Origin: Savitreella phatthalungensis
Taxonomy: Eukaryota
Direction: 5' to 3'
DNA length: 64,000 nt
Assembly (NCBI GenBank): GCA_051599415.1
Contig: AP039693.1
Coordinates: forward strand, 496,001-560,000
This document shows, one piece after another, positions 9,588-20,350 of this stretch; position 1 is the first letter of the stretch; each line of letters opens with the position of its first letter. A program made the translations under genes and the position numbers. The notes beneath the pieces are model-generated. The model ran no database searches. It was not told where the DNA came from and saw only the letters and a list, made by a program, of their open reading frames with translations.

Positions 9588-9841
9588 CTCTGCACCTGTG
9601 ATGAGATACTCAAGCGCTCGATGCTCTTGTCTTTACGATGATGGTCGTTGTCGGTGTTACAACGATCGACACTCACTGCGCTGGAATGTCTAGCTGCATA
9701 TTCGATGCAGACAAAATTCACGTGAATCAAACACACCCAAGGAAAAAAGTCGAGACGTTCAACCGAGTCCTCAACACGCCCTCGTCTTATTGACTGCAGA
9801 TCAGTCTAGAGAAAGGGATCATCAGGAGGCTGTCACACAGG

Positions 9842-10765
9842 ATGCTACGTTCCGCGTTGTGTCAGACGTCATTGACAGGGTCCGCTCGCTCGTTCTCGAC
9901 GAGCTCGCCGACTTGCGCCCGATCTCTCGTAGCTATCCGGCGAAAGAAGCGTGCGATTGCTAGGCAGCAGGAGCTCGCGAAGGAGCGCGACCCAGAACGA
10001 TTCGATCCAATTCTCGGTGTGCCTACAGACTTCACAAAATCGCTGCTGACTGCTGCTGGCGTTTGGGAGGCTGCACGGCAAACGGCTGCCTCGTCCGCAG
10101 CTGCCGCCACCCACGAACCTGGCAACGGAGACGCCGACCGGATACGCAGTATAGCCGACGACAACCTCCACTTCTCCTCAGATGAAGTACGCGAGATCCA
10201 AGCTGCCGTCAAGCAGGCCTACACCGACAGACTCGCCAACGCACGCAACAACCCCGTTGCACAACCAACCACCCCTACTCCTCCCGGCACATCACAGACA
10301 CCAACATCGACACCGCAATCGTCATCGGCAGCGGCAAATCGTCAGGAGGTTGCACTTGCGCGAGAGATGAACGCGATGCAGGCTTCTGAGGCTCGGAAAT
10401 CAGCTGGTGGATCTCGGGTGGTGTCACTGCTGAATGCGAGTGGGTCTACGCTCCAGACGTACAACCGTGGGCTTGCGATATCTGCGTTTGCGCGCGCCGA
10501 GGGAGATACCGGGTCGAGCGAAGTCCAAGCTGCGGTTCTGACCGCCCGCATCCACGGCCTCGCTCACCACTTCGAGAGCCAGGGAAGCGCGACCCCGACA
10601 ATCTCGAGAAAGGACAACCAGACGTACCGCTCGTTCAGAAAACTCGTTCACCAGAGGCAGAAAATCCTAAAGTACCTCAGATCTCACCACCCAGACAGGT
10701 ACTTCGACTGCATCAAGAGACTCGGTCTAGACGATGCAGCCATCACTCGCGAGATCACCATGTAG
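9842..10765 (+). CDS. MRPS28: Mitochondrial ribosomal protein uS15m
   Basis: Presequence MLRSALC..RSFSTS; S15 domain FARAEGDTGSSEVQAAVLTARI...KDNQTYRSFRKLVHQRQKILKYL. Confidence 0.9.
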   Translation: MLRSALCQTSLTGSARSFSTSSPTCARSLVAIRRKKRAIARQQELAKERDPERFDPILGVPTDFTKSLLTAAGVWEAARQTAASSAAAATHEPGNGDADRIRSIADDNLHFSSDEVREIQAAVKQAYTDRLANARNNPVAQPTTPTPPGTSQTPTSTPQSSSAAANRQEVALAREMNAMQASEARKSAGGSRVVSLLNASGSTLQTYNRGLAISAFARAEGDTGSSEVQAAVLTARIHGLAHHFESQGSATPTISRKDNQTYRSFRKLVHQRQKILKYLRSHHPDRYFDCIKRLGLDDAAITREITM

Positions 10766-10856
10766 ACGAGGCAACGCAGGCGAGTATACGAGATGTATCA
10801 CGTAAAGACTAAGCATTCATTCATGAAGTGTGAGACATTGTGCTGTGCTCGGTAGT

Positions 10857-11918
10857 TTATGCGACGCGTTCGAGTGTGCCGAAGTAGTTGCACTGTTCAG
10901 CGAGGGGCGTGTTGGGTGGAGCGATGCGCCAGATTTGGGAAATCGGGTCGAAGAAGGTGCCTCGCATATCGAGGACCTGAGCGACGACGGAATCAATCTG
11001 TGGCGAGCTAGCTGTGGCCTCACGCGCAGCAACACCCATATCGTCACACCACCGCCGCACCGCAGCCATTGGAATGAACTTGTCGCTGTTGTGGGTGCCT
11101 CGTGGAACAAGCTTCAAGATCTCCTCGGCAACCGTCACGGTGAGAAGGTGGGCAAACCTGGTCTTCTCGATCGTCGAGAAAAACAAAAGACCGCCACCGG
11201 GATTCTCCTCCGTCGGCGGCTTTAGCAGAGATACACAGGTCCTGAGGAAGGCAGCCGGGTTGTTAACATGCTCGAGGATCTCCATCGCACACAGGATGTC
11301 GTACGAACCCTTGTGTTTTGGATCGTCTGCGAGGTCTTCGACAGAACCGTGGATGTACTGAAGTGAACCGTGGGCGTACGTAGGATGTGTAGGCGTGTCA
11401 TCGCTCGGGAGCAAGCCGGTCTCGAGAGCGTGCGCCCGTGCTACACCGACACCAGCCTCACTCGCATCCACACCCACAACATTACCACCAAGCCTTCGGA
11501 GCGACTCACTCAAGATTCCACCACCACATCCAACATCCAGTACTCGTCGACCACGCAGCCACGATGCGCCTCCACCAGAAGCCTCCTCGTCAAACGTGTC
11601 AAGCGCCTGCGCGTGCCCTAGTGGCAACCGCGTCAAACCTTCCCGCATGTACGATATCCGTGCAGGATTCATCAGGTGTAGCAAGCGAGAAGATCCATTC
11701 GGGTCCCACCATGTCGCAGCTAGCTTGTCAAAGTGGCCAATCTCCTCTGAAGAGACTGAGTTGCGTGGAACGCTCGAAGTACTGTGAAACCGTAATCTGT
11801 GTATGGTGCAACGGGAGTTGATGGTGGCCTTCCCGAGAGAGTCTGTACACGGCTTGTAATAGATGAGTGAAGGTCGGGTAGATAGGCAGCGTCTCACAGA
11901 GGGAGATACTGGTCTCAT
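10857..11918 (-). CDS. COQ3: Ubiquinone biosynthesis O-methyltransferase
   Basis: EEIGHFDKLAATWWDPNGSSRLLHLMNPARI, VLDVGCGGGILSESL, EILEHV, VPRGTH. Confidence 0.94.
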   Translation of the reverse strand: MRPVSPSVRRCLSTRPSLIYYKPCTDSLGKATINSRCTIHRLRFHSTSSVPRNSVSSEEIGHFDKLAATWWDPNGSSRLLHLMNPARISYMREGLTRLPLGHAQALDTFDEEASGGGASWLRGRRVLDVGCGGGILSESLRRLGGNVVGVDASEAGVGVARAHALETGLLPSDDTPTHPTYAHGSLQYIHGSVEDLADDPKHKGSYDILCAMEILEHVNNPAAFLRTCVSLLKPPTEENPGGGLLFFSTIEKTRFAHLLTVTVAEEILKLVPRGTHNSDKFIPMAAVRRWCDDMGVAAREATASSPQIDSVVAQVLDMRGTFFDPISQIWRIAPPNTPLAEQCNYFGTLERVA

Positions 11919-12317
11919 GACTTCAACAATGATCTGTAAAGAGGATCAGCTTGAAGAATCGATGTCATGGACGTCTTCAACTGCTCAGGTCATCGACTCA
12001 GTCAGTTGTGCATTCATTCCGAGTGAGCGAGTAAGTAGAATGAAGAATGATTTCACGTGTAAAATTTAGATCAGAGTAACTGTTCAATTGCGTTTCTGTT
12101 TTGAGCTTCATACATACACACAAACCAGTGAACACAGTATAAACACAAGACTCACCTCACAACCATACACACAAGAACTACTCTCGCTCTCTCTATATCA
12201 TAATATAAGCTAGTCTAGCTCTCTCGAGAGGTCCTCAAGCGCGTATCGACGCGCTGTTCAGTTAACCAAAAGTCTATGACTGTCTGATAGAGGGATTACG
12301 AGCTTGGGAGATCCACA

Positions 12318-15300
12318 ATGAACAGTCTTGCCGCGCGTGAGGCATCGTATACGCGCAATTGGTCACATACAGGTCGATTGGCACCCGCATCTCTTGCAGC
12401 TGCAGGCTTCTATTACACGCCCACCGACTCACAAGATCCAGATGATGATACCGTCACTTGCTTCTTGTGTTCTAAGGAGCTAGGCGGTTGGGTAGAAGGA
12501 GATGATCCAGTGCAGGAACACATCTCACACAGCAAATCATGCGGCTGGGCAATCCTCTGCAGTGAGCGAGCTCATCCTTCGCTTGCACCGACAAGCGCAG
12601 CTTTGACGCGTGCACGTGAAGCTACTTTCATTGGTGCATGGCCTCACGAGAAGACCCGTGGATTCGCAGGCAAGCTCAAGAAGATGGCCAAGGCAGGTTG
12701 GCATTTCGCACCGTCCCACGACAGCCCAGACTCCACAGCTTGCATCTACTGCAAGACAGAGCTCGACGGCTGGGAGGCCACAGATGATCCAGTCGCAGAA
12801 CACGAGCGCCGTGCAAGAGACCTGCAATGCGCCTTCTTCGTTGGCCTCCCTTCATTGAGCAAGAAGGCCAATCCTACAACCATAAAAGTCAAGCCTGAAC
12901 CTACTGAAGACGACGAGCGGCCCGTAGTGGGACAAATGAGTGACGAAACTCATGGAGATGGAGACAAGGGAGGAAAGAGAGAAGTTGAACAGTCCTCGGA
13001 ACCAGTCGCCAAACGCAAAGCAGCCACAAAGCGGAAGCTCCCAGGTAAGGCATCCACACGCAACCTGGACTCCAGTGACAGTCGTCTGCTGCATGATGCG
13101 GACGAGAAAGATACGTCCACGGCAATTCCCATCAATTTGCAGCCGACACGGAAGAGACGCAAGAGCACAGAAGCGCTTGCTTCGCAGCAGTCAAGTCCCG
13201 TTCCGCTTGTACGAGCACGGATACCGAATGCTGCCAATGCAGCTCGACGGCTGCGGAGTAATAGCATTAGCAGCGTAGGCACAGGCAGCCTTGTTGACGA
13301 AGCCGTGGCTGGTGCAGACACCGCAGCGACTCGCACAAAGTCTCGCAGACTGTCCCTCGCAGCAATCGAACAGGCGTCTGAGCACCAAACAAATGCGCCG
13401 ATCGATACAACCACGTTCAAAGCCGAGACATGCAAGGAAAAGGAGAATATTGAGGCACCACGGGGACGCAAACGATCCTCATCAGTGGCATCACTCGCCA
13501 GGTCTGGCTCGACCTCTCGACGTCGTGGATCTTCTCGCGGCGGTGCTGGCAGCACGAATATCGAGGAGATCTTATCTTCGCGTCCTGCATCGCGAGCGTC
13601 CCGAAGATTATCCGCACTCCAGCCAGACACGGTCGACGAGGCAGCAGAGACAGCAAGCTCAAGCTCAAGCTTGACCTCTCGCATACCGGAGATCGTCAAG
13701 ATTGAGGAGGAGGATGAAGTAGATACCGTTGTGAAGCCGTTGCCGAAGAAGGCTCGCACAAGAGCCTCGTCTACAAGCTCAAACACGCGTCGGAGAAGTT
13801 CATCTCGGGGCCGCACCACTCGCAATATCGAAGACATCATAGGCAGCAGCAGCAGCGTTCCAGCGACCAACAATGACGAGCCTAGCAGTACAACAACACG
13901 TCCTCGTCGAGCAAGCAGCCGCCGTGGTTCAGTCTCCAGTCTCGCAGCCTATGGCTACCTTGAGGAAATGATTACCATCAGCTCGACCTCTGCACCGTCA
14001 ACGGCCCGTCCGATTGAAGAGGCGAGCGAGGTCGTGCCGCAGATTGATGCTCCATCCGGCCAGCGACGCACGTCGCGTCGTCGAGCCGGCAGTAATGCAA
14101 GTGTGGACGGAAGTGCGCAGCAGCCCATCGAGGAATTGCTAATGCTCGATTCTAAGGCTCGTACGCGCTCTCAGCGGCCTGCAAGGAGGACAGCATCGAC
14201 AAGCCGCGCAAACACTGTCGAAGAGTCTTCGTCCAGTTCTTCAACAGCGACCTTTGCAACGGCGCCTAGCTCTGGTCCTGGTGTAAACCAAGCGAATGTC
14301 ATTGTCGAGGAAGAGGAGCCGGAATCGCCAGTCAAGCGCGCCCCAGCTATTGCCAAGCAGCGAGCAGCACCTTCGAAACAGCCAACGCCAGTAAATAGCC
14401 CACCGCAACAGCCCAAGCAGCTCGAGCAACCTCCTCAGCCGGCAAAGGATCCAGCTCCTGTCATCAGTCCAGGACCAAAAGTCAAGAGTCCGAGGCCAGT
14501 TGCTGCGGCAAAATCACCAGTCGCTGCACCAGCGATCAAGCCGACGTCTCGCGCCGGAAAGCTAGCGGACAAGGTGATCAAGCCAAAAGCTGCGCCTCGC
14601 AAGAAGCCAGCAGCAGCAGCAGCGATTCTCAATGCTGCAGCAGCCGCAGGAGCGGCCGCAGGAGCATCAACGAAACCAGTGCTAGAGCGCGTGCGCTCAC
14701 CTCCGCCAGCACAGTCCAAGTTGGGGGAGGCGAAGTCTCCTGTACAGAACACCCTCGCTCGCATGTCTCCTGTGGCTCCACCACTCGCAGCTGCACCTGC
14801 ACCGCCCGCACAGCAGGAGAAGCTCATCGTTCCGATCGCGGCCACCACAGTTGCACCGATGCTTTCGCTCATCCTGGACGATGATTCGATGACACCAATC
14901 GGCGAGAGCAGTCCGCAAGTAGCGATGCGGGTTGCTCCAGTGCTGAGTGAGCCGACTGTTACCAAGAACGTTGCCGCGGCTGCCGTTCAGCCGACGACAC
15001 TACTCCAGCCAGCTGCAAACTTGCCGGCCACCGTCAAAGCCGAGCCATCGCCAGCACCCCCTTCACCCGATCGACTTCGACGCGCATGGGAGAAGCAAGT
15101 CGAACGAGAGATCATCGAGCTCGCCGACGACTCTCCAGCAAAGCCGACAATCGCAGTCATTCGTCCGACTACTGGCGTTCCCGATGCACAGAATCTTGGG
15201 CAGCAGACGCCGCATCAAGAAGACTTAAACCCTGGAATGACATGGGAGGACATCGACACGCTCGACCTCTACAGCACAGACCTTCTACAAGTGCTCAAGG

Positions 15301-15470
15301 TCACCAGCTACGAGGACCTTGAGCCAGCAGAACTCGACATGACAGTCGAGCAATACATTCGCCACGCCACAAAGCGACAGGTCGACGCCCTCTGTGCAGA
15401 GTGCGAGAACCTGATAGCACGGCTAGTAGAAGGCGGTCAAAGAACAAAGGCTGCCATCATGGCCATGTAG
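12318..15470 (+). CDS. BIR1: Bir1/survivin-like chromosomal passenger protein with two BIR domains
   Basis: Two BIR repeats (LAAAGFYY..VTCFLC..GW..DDP..EH..C and KAGWHF..CIYC..DGWE.TDDP.AEH..C), a long S/R/P/A-rich linker and a C-terminal DMTVEQYI helix typical of fungal Bir1. Confidence 0.88.
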   Translation: MNSLAAREASYTRNWSHTGRLAPASLAAAGFYYTPTDSQDPDDDTVTCFLCSKELGGWVEGDDPVQEHISHSKSCGWAILCSERAHPSLAPTSAALTRAREATFIGAWPHEKTRGFAGKLKKMAKAGWHFAPSHDSPDSTACIYCKTELDGWEATDDPVAEHERRARDLQCAFFVGLPSLSKKANPTTIKVKPEPTEDDERPVVGQMSDETHGDGDKGGKREVEQSSEPVAKRKAATKRKLPGKASTRNLDSSDSRLLHDADEKDTSTAIPINLQPTRKRRKSTEALASQQSSPVPLVRARIPNAANAARRLRSNSISSVGTGSLVDEAVAGADTAATRTKSRRLSLAAIEQASEHQTNAPIDTTTFKAETCKEKENIEAPRGRKRSSSVASLARSGSTSRRRGSSRGGAGSTNIEEILSSRPASRASRRLSALQPDTVDEAAETASSSSSLTSRIPEIVKIEEEDEVDTVVKPLPKKARTRASSTSSNTRRRSSSRGRTTRNIEDIIGSSSSVPATNNDEPSSTTTRPRRASSRRGSVSSLAAYGYLEEMITISSTSAPSTARPIEEASEVVPQIDAPSGQRRTSRRRAGSNASVDGSAQQPIEELLMLDSKARTRSQRPARRTASTSRANTVEESSSSSSTATFATAPSSGPGVNQANVIVEEEEPESPVKRAPAIAKQRAAPSKQPTPVNSPPQQPKQLEQPPQPAKDPAPVISPGPKVKSPRPVAAAKSPVAAPAIKPTSRAGKLADKVIKPKAAPRKKPAAAAAILNAAAAAGAAAGASTKPVLERVRSPPPAQSKLGEAKSPVQNTLARMSPVAPPLAAAPAPPAQQEKLIVPIAATTVAPMLSLILDDDSMTPIGESSPQVAMRVAPVLSEPTVTKNVAAAAVQPTTLLQPAANLPATVKAEPSPAPPSPDRLRRAWEKQVEREIIELADDSPAKPTIAVIRPTTGVPDAQNLGQQTPHQEDLNPGMTWEDIDTLDLYSTDLLQVLKVTSYEDLEPAELDMTVEQYIRHATKRQVDALCAECENLIARLVEGGQRTKAAIMAM

Positions 15471-15743
15471 AAAGTAGAGCTTTCACGTCAACCTGTACAT
15501 CATACTTTACAACATGCTGACAGTACTGTCTGTAAAAGGTGCCTGCATATTCCTGGTAATCAGTGAAGGCGTAGTGTGATCAATAGCACCAGTACGTACA
15601 AATAAAACTCCACACATCATATACCATACCAGCACGTACGCACATATAACAACATACTAGCATCATGTATTGGCTTCGGGCTGATGGTGTCATCTCGTGA
15701 CAAGGCGAATACAGAAGGGTGTAGCCAGAGCAGCTAGTCAAGG

Positions 15744-16562
15744 ATGAGTGCGGTCACCCTCGGCGGCGATATCGGCAGCAGCCACGATGCAGACCTGGCG
15801 GATCTGATTCGAAAGTTTGCTGAGCCTGGGGTCGATGCGGTCTCGTACGTGAACGGCAACGTATCTGCAGTCACTGTAGCCGCTTCCCTGAACGATGCGC
15901 AGAAGGTGCTCCGGTCACTGGAAGCTGCGAGCGAGAGGTGCATGGAGAAGCTGGACAAGGTGGTTGAGGAGATGGTGCGTGTGGCGCCTCGACTCGGGTA
16001 CGATGTCGAGCTGCTTCGGTCCGATTTGGCTTCTCTCCGTACGGTGGTGGAAGCTGCAGAGCCAGCGAGAGTCTCGCTGACGGGAGCCGAGGCGAGAGCA
16101 CCACTCGCGAAGCTGGCTGAAAACGACAAGATCAGAGAAAGGATGCTGGCAGCGCAGCGATGTCTTGCAGATGCGCGTAGGTGGACACCGCCGTCCCTCG
16201 CAGAGGACGAAGTGTCTACCCTGATAGACCTCAAAGACTGGCCAGCAGCCGCAGCCAAGGTCACTCATTACGACAACACACTCAAAGTCTGGCGAAACAC
16301 ACCAGGACACGAACTCAGGTGGCAAGCACTAGAAAAGGCAAAGCGCAAGCTCGCTGACGCCAGAGCAAAAGACATCCAAGCACACAAGGCAACCACACTA
16401 GCAGCAGCGGCATCGGCAGCAGCTGGAACCGCAGGCGCATCAGCGACAACAGCAGAAGCAGCATGCAGATCGTCCACCGACAGCAAGCGCTCAGGAGACG
16501 GCACCGAAGATGGCTCTGGATACTACTCTTCCCTACTCAGACGGACATTCATACGGTCATAG
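15744..16562 (+). CDS. Helical protein, possibly COG7-like (Golgi tethering) N-terminal domain
   Basis: 272-aa ORF with coiled-coil character; EEMVRVAPRLGYDVELLRSD resembles the COG7 N-terminal pattern from memory only. Confidence 0.5.
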   Translation: MSAVTLGGDIGSSHDADLADLIRKFAEPGVDAVSYVNGNVSAVTVAASLNDAQKVLRSLEAASERCMEKLDKVVEEMVRVAPRLGYDVELLRSDLASLRTVVEAAEPARVSLTGAEARAPLAKLAENDKIRERMLAAQRCLADARRWTPPSLAEDEVSTLIDLKDWPAAAAKVTHYDNTLKVWRNTPGHELRWQALEKAKRKLADARAKDIQAHKATTLAAAASAAAGTAGASATTAEAACRSSTDSKRSGDGTEDGSGYYSSLLRRTFIRS

Positions 16563-16848
16563 ATAGCATCCCTCATCCGAATACGCACACGGACACGTAT
16601 ACGAATCCAATCATATTGGCGAATACAGTCTCTGTCGTGTGCATGTGATTGTGAAGATATGTGTCTGTTAGGTGTGACAAGCTTAATTTCTGGACGAGTT
16701 ACGGATCTGCTATATCACGTACTCGTGTGATAGCTCATAGACATCGTTCGGAGCCTGCACGCTGGCCGGGTGGATCAGGGCAAGGCAGGTGCCCTCCTTG
16801 CTGCTGCTGCGGTGTGGTGGTGATTCTGGCGTCAGGGGACTGGTGACG

Positions 16849-18162
16849 ATGAACGGAGTCCAGGGCAAGGGCAATCCAGGGGACAGCAGGTTTGATGGGC
16901 TGTCTCGTGACGACCTAATCCTGCGCATCAAGCAGCTCGAAAAAGCTGCAAATAGAGGCAGATCTCCGAGGCCAGCGACGCGCGACCTAGACTTCTCCCG
17001 CTACGTCCATCGCTACGTCGCATTTAAGTTCGCGTACCTGGGCTGGCACTACAACGGTCTGGTCGTCCAGGACGGCCCCACAGAGTTTCCGACGGTCGAA
17101 GAAGAGCTCTTCAAAGCTCTCCTTCACTGCAAGCTGATCGAGTCTCCGAACGACTGCAACTTCTCCCGATGCGGACGCACAGACAAGGGCGTGAGCGCTA
17201 TGGGTCAGGTCATGGCGCTCCGGATACGAACGAATGAGCGAATCGAAGATCAGGGCACGAAACAATCTGATCTTCCTCCGCCATGGCTAGAGCAGCTTAA
17301 CAGCGCGCTGCCACCATCGATTCGTATCTACGCATACGATGACACCATCGCGCCTGAATTTAGTGCCCGCTTCTCCTGCAAGAGCAGATCCTACAAGTAC
17401 GTCATATCGCCGCAGATCCTCGGACTGGAGAAGCTCGATGTCGGAGCAATGAACGAGGCGTGTGCTCACCTCCTCGGTACACACGACTTTCGAAATTTCT
17501 GCAAGCTCGACGCTTCCAAGCAGATCACAGACTTCCGCAGGCGCATCCTCCATGCCTCCGTCTCCCCGCTCGTCCTCCCGGACGATCCGCACGCGGCCGG
17601 ACAGCTCAACATGCTTGTGTTTGATCTCACGGGGACGGCGTTCCTGTGGCACCAGGTACGATGCATCACTGCGATTCTGCTGCTCGTCGGTCAGCGGCTA
17701 GAGAGTCCGACAATCGTCCGAGACATGCTCGACCCCGACAAATACCCAACAAAGCCAGGGTACGACATGGCGGACGACTGGCCGCTAACGCTATACGACT
17801 GTGACTTCGGGGATGCGGTCAGCTGGAAGTATCCGCGGAACGCCCAGCGGACAGCAGAGATGGCGTATGTCCAGCTGCATGAGGCCCGGATCAAGGACGC
17901 TGTTTCAACTTTCATGCTCGACACGACGATGCGTGCCCTATCATCTACCGATGCGCACACTTCCGGCGTCGTAGTCAGGCCTGGCACCACACTCGGTGAC
18001 GGCAGAGTCAAGGGAATGCGAGCCTACGTACCTATCGCCAACCGCCCACGCATGCAGAGCGCAGACGAGCGCAACAAGGCGTTCGCTCAAAAGCAAGCAG
18101 ACAAGGGAAAGCTTTTACCAAAGCAGAGATTCCAGCAGCAGCATCAGCAGCAGCAGCAGTAG
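16849..18162 (+). CDS. DEG1: tRNA pseudouridine(38/39) synthase
   Basis: RYVAFKFAYLGWHYNGL, catalytic SRCGRTDKGVSA, GTHDFRNFCKLD, GTAFLWHQVRC. Start taken at the first in-frame ATG (16849). Confidence 0.93.
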   Translation: MNGVQGKGNPGDSRFDGLSRDDLILRIKQLEKAANRGRSPRPATRDLDFSRYVHRYVAFKFAYLGWHYNGLVVQDGPTEFPTVEEELFKALLHCKLIESPNDCNFSRCGRTDKGVSAMGQVMALRIRTNERIEDQGTKQSDLPPPWLEQLNSALPPSIRIYAYDDTIAPEFSARFSCKSRSYKYVISPQILGLEKLDVGAMNEACAHLLGTHDFRNFCKLDASKQITDFRRRILHASVSPLVLPDDPHAAGQLNMLVFDLTGTAFLWHQVRCITAILLLVGQRLESPTIVRDMLDPDKYPTKPGYDMADDWPLTLYDCDFGDAVSWKYPRNAQRTAEMAYVQLHEARIKDAVSTFMLDTTMRALSSTDAHTSGVVVRPGTTLGDGRVKGMRAYVPIANRPRMQSADERNKAFAQKQADKGKLLPKQRFQQQHQQQQQ

Positions 18163-18698
18163 GGCCATGTGCATATATTCACGACAACGAAACGTTAGAC
18201 CTTCAGAGCTACTCCGAAGGACTCTTTGGACCCGCTGCAGGCTCGCTGGGAGCAATCTTTGGACGTCACACGACAGTCGATAATTGATTGGAAGGATCCC
18301 ATCGACGTCTCCCGTCTCTGGCTCTCAAATGAGGATGAGGGAGGATATGAAGGACATCCAGTGCAGTGAAGGTGTGATTTTGTGGAGGGTCGTACCAATG
18401 ACTGGTTCAAAATCGGACGACGTCATTGTCAATCGAAATTGAAGAATCTGATTGGCTAATTCTAAATTACAGCCGAGAACATCCTTGCGCGACCCCCACC
18501 ACCAACTCACCTGCTCCTTCGACAACATCCCCGGTCATTCATCCTCTCAGGGTAGACGTTCTGGAGGTGAATTCCCCTGTGTCACTCACCCACTCGCTCA
18601 CTCAGTCGTCAACCTCTTGCTCAAGGGATTCACTCGAGGAAATTCTCCATTTAGATCGTCCTTCTCTGAGTCTTCATCTACAGCAATCGACGTCAATC

Positions 18699-19967
18699 AT
18701 GCTCTCTCGTCGTGCCAATATCCTCGCTCGTTCAACTCTCAGGCAGCAGCAGCAACAGCAGCAGCTCGTCCTTCGTCAATCTCTTTTCAAGACCTCTCGC
18801 GGTGTCAGACTCAACTCCACAACAGCCTCGTCTTCCAGCACAGGCTCAGGCTCAGGGTCAGCCGCAGTCACCGGTGCAGCTGCCGGAGCAGTATCTGCCG
18901 TCCTCGTTGGCTACCTGCTCTACCGCTGGTCTGGCGCACACAGGGCAGTTGCCTCTGTCCAAGCCATTCAGAACCAATGGGACACGGCAACAACAAAGCT
19001 CAAGGAGAAGGCTCCAGAGCCATCAGAGGCCATCAAGTGGCTCAAGTCCATGAGTGAGCACTACGCCGGCTTCATCCCAGGCGCAAAGCCGCTTCTCGAC
19101 AGTGCCTTTGACGACCTCGACAAGTTGCAGAAGGACCACTCGGACGAGGCTCAGAAGATCGTCACCGACACCTACAACGAGATCAAGAAGGTGCTGGACA
19201 AGGACGGTCTGACGATCGGTGCAGCAGCGAGTGCCTGGTCCGTGCTCGAGTCCAAGCTCGGCGACATCAAGAAGCTCGCCAACAAGGCCGGTCAGGACAT
19301 CATCGGCCAGCACCCCGAGCTCTCGAAGCAGATCGGTGGCAAGTTTGACGACCTGCGGAAGCTGGCAGAATCGCAGGGTCCCGAGGCGAAGAAGCAACTG
19401 GACGAACTTTACGCACAGGTGAAGGATATCACGAACAAGGGTCTGAGCGCTGACTCTATCAGCCAGATCTCGAAGCTCGCCCAGGACAAGTTTGACGACC
19501 TCCGCAAGGCTGGCGAGCAGGCTTACGACAAGGGCATTCAGCAGCTCGGCCCGCTACTCGACAAGTCGCCTGAGGTGAAGAAATTCGTCGAGGACAACGC
19601 GAAGCAGCTCCGAAGCGTTCAGGGTTTGAACGTCTCTGAGCTTGTGAACAAGGTCAAGGATGTCGTCGAGCAGAAGTCTGGAGCAAAATTGGAGGACTTG
19701 CAGAAGTACGTTGACGAGGCTAAGAAGCTGGCCAGCGGCAACAGCTCCTCCTCCGTCTCCGACTACTTCGAGAAGCTCATCCCATCTGGCGCCGGTCGCG
19801 AAATCTACAACCACTTCCAGAACATTCAGGACGTCGCCTCCAAGCACGGCGACGAGGCAAAGCAACTTGGCCAGAAGACCTTTGACGAGATTCGCCAGAT
19901 CCTCGAGAAGCGCGCACAGGAAGCAAAAACGCTCGCAGAAAAGGCAACCAAGGACGCTACGAAATAG
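18699..19967 (+). CDS. Uncharacterised mitochondrial membrane-anchored helical-repeat (apolipoprotein-like) protein
   Basis: ATG 18699 gives the presequence-like MLSRRANILARSTLR...RLNS, one TM segment (AVSAVLVGYLLYRW), then a K/D/E/A-rich amphipathic helical region; strong C/G-ending codon bias. Confidence 0.75.
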   Translation: MLSRRANILARSTLRQQQQQQQLVLRQSLFKTSRGVRLNSTTASSSSTGSGSGSAAVTGAAAGAVSAVLVGYLLYRWSGAHRAVASVQAIQNQWDTATTKLKEKAPEPSEAIKWLKSMSEHYAGFIPGAKPLLDSAFDDLDKLQKDHSDEAQKIVTDTYNEIKKVLDKDGLTIGAAASAWSVLESKLGDIKKLANKAGQDIIGQHPELSKQIGGKFDDLRKLAESQGPEAKKQLDELYAQVKDITNKGLSADSISQISKLAQDKFDDLRKAGEQAYDKGIQQLGPLLDKSPEVKKFVEDNAKQLRSVQGLNVSELVNKVKDVVEQKSGAKLEDLQKYVDEAKKLASGNSSSSVSDYFEKLIPSGAGREIYNHFQNIQDVASKHGDEAKQLGQKTFDEIRQILEKRAQEAKTLAEKATKDATK

Positions 19968-20350
19968 ACCGACTATTCTCCAACCACATCACCATGCACC
20001 AACATGTAGGTAACATCTAACAACAAAGGCATTCTCAACGGGAACATCCTCAAATTCTCTTCCATGCATCCATGATTGCATTGTCCTATCGACCGTCATC
20101 GTCATCGCCAAGAGCCTTAAGTGTGACATCTTGCAACCGCCCTCTCACGTCAACTGTCTCAGCCAAGACCCGCCGTCTGAAGCCGCGCCTCCATTGCCTC
20201 TCCTTGTTTCAAATTCTTATTCAATCCCACCTGTCCTGCTGCAACGTTGACCGTCGCCACCACGGACTCGCAGTGTCACAGGGTGATTGTGTACACCTGT
20301 GATATAAGGAGGATGGATTGCCCTGTACACTGTACCATCTACGTGAGAGG

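Noticed and set aside
12950..13873. 307-aa antisense ORF inside BIR1 (and similar antisense ORFs in TOP2, SPB4 and the transporters)
   Set aside because: Typical of GC-rich coding DNA with few reverse-strand stops; no motifs.
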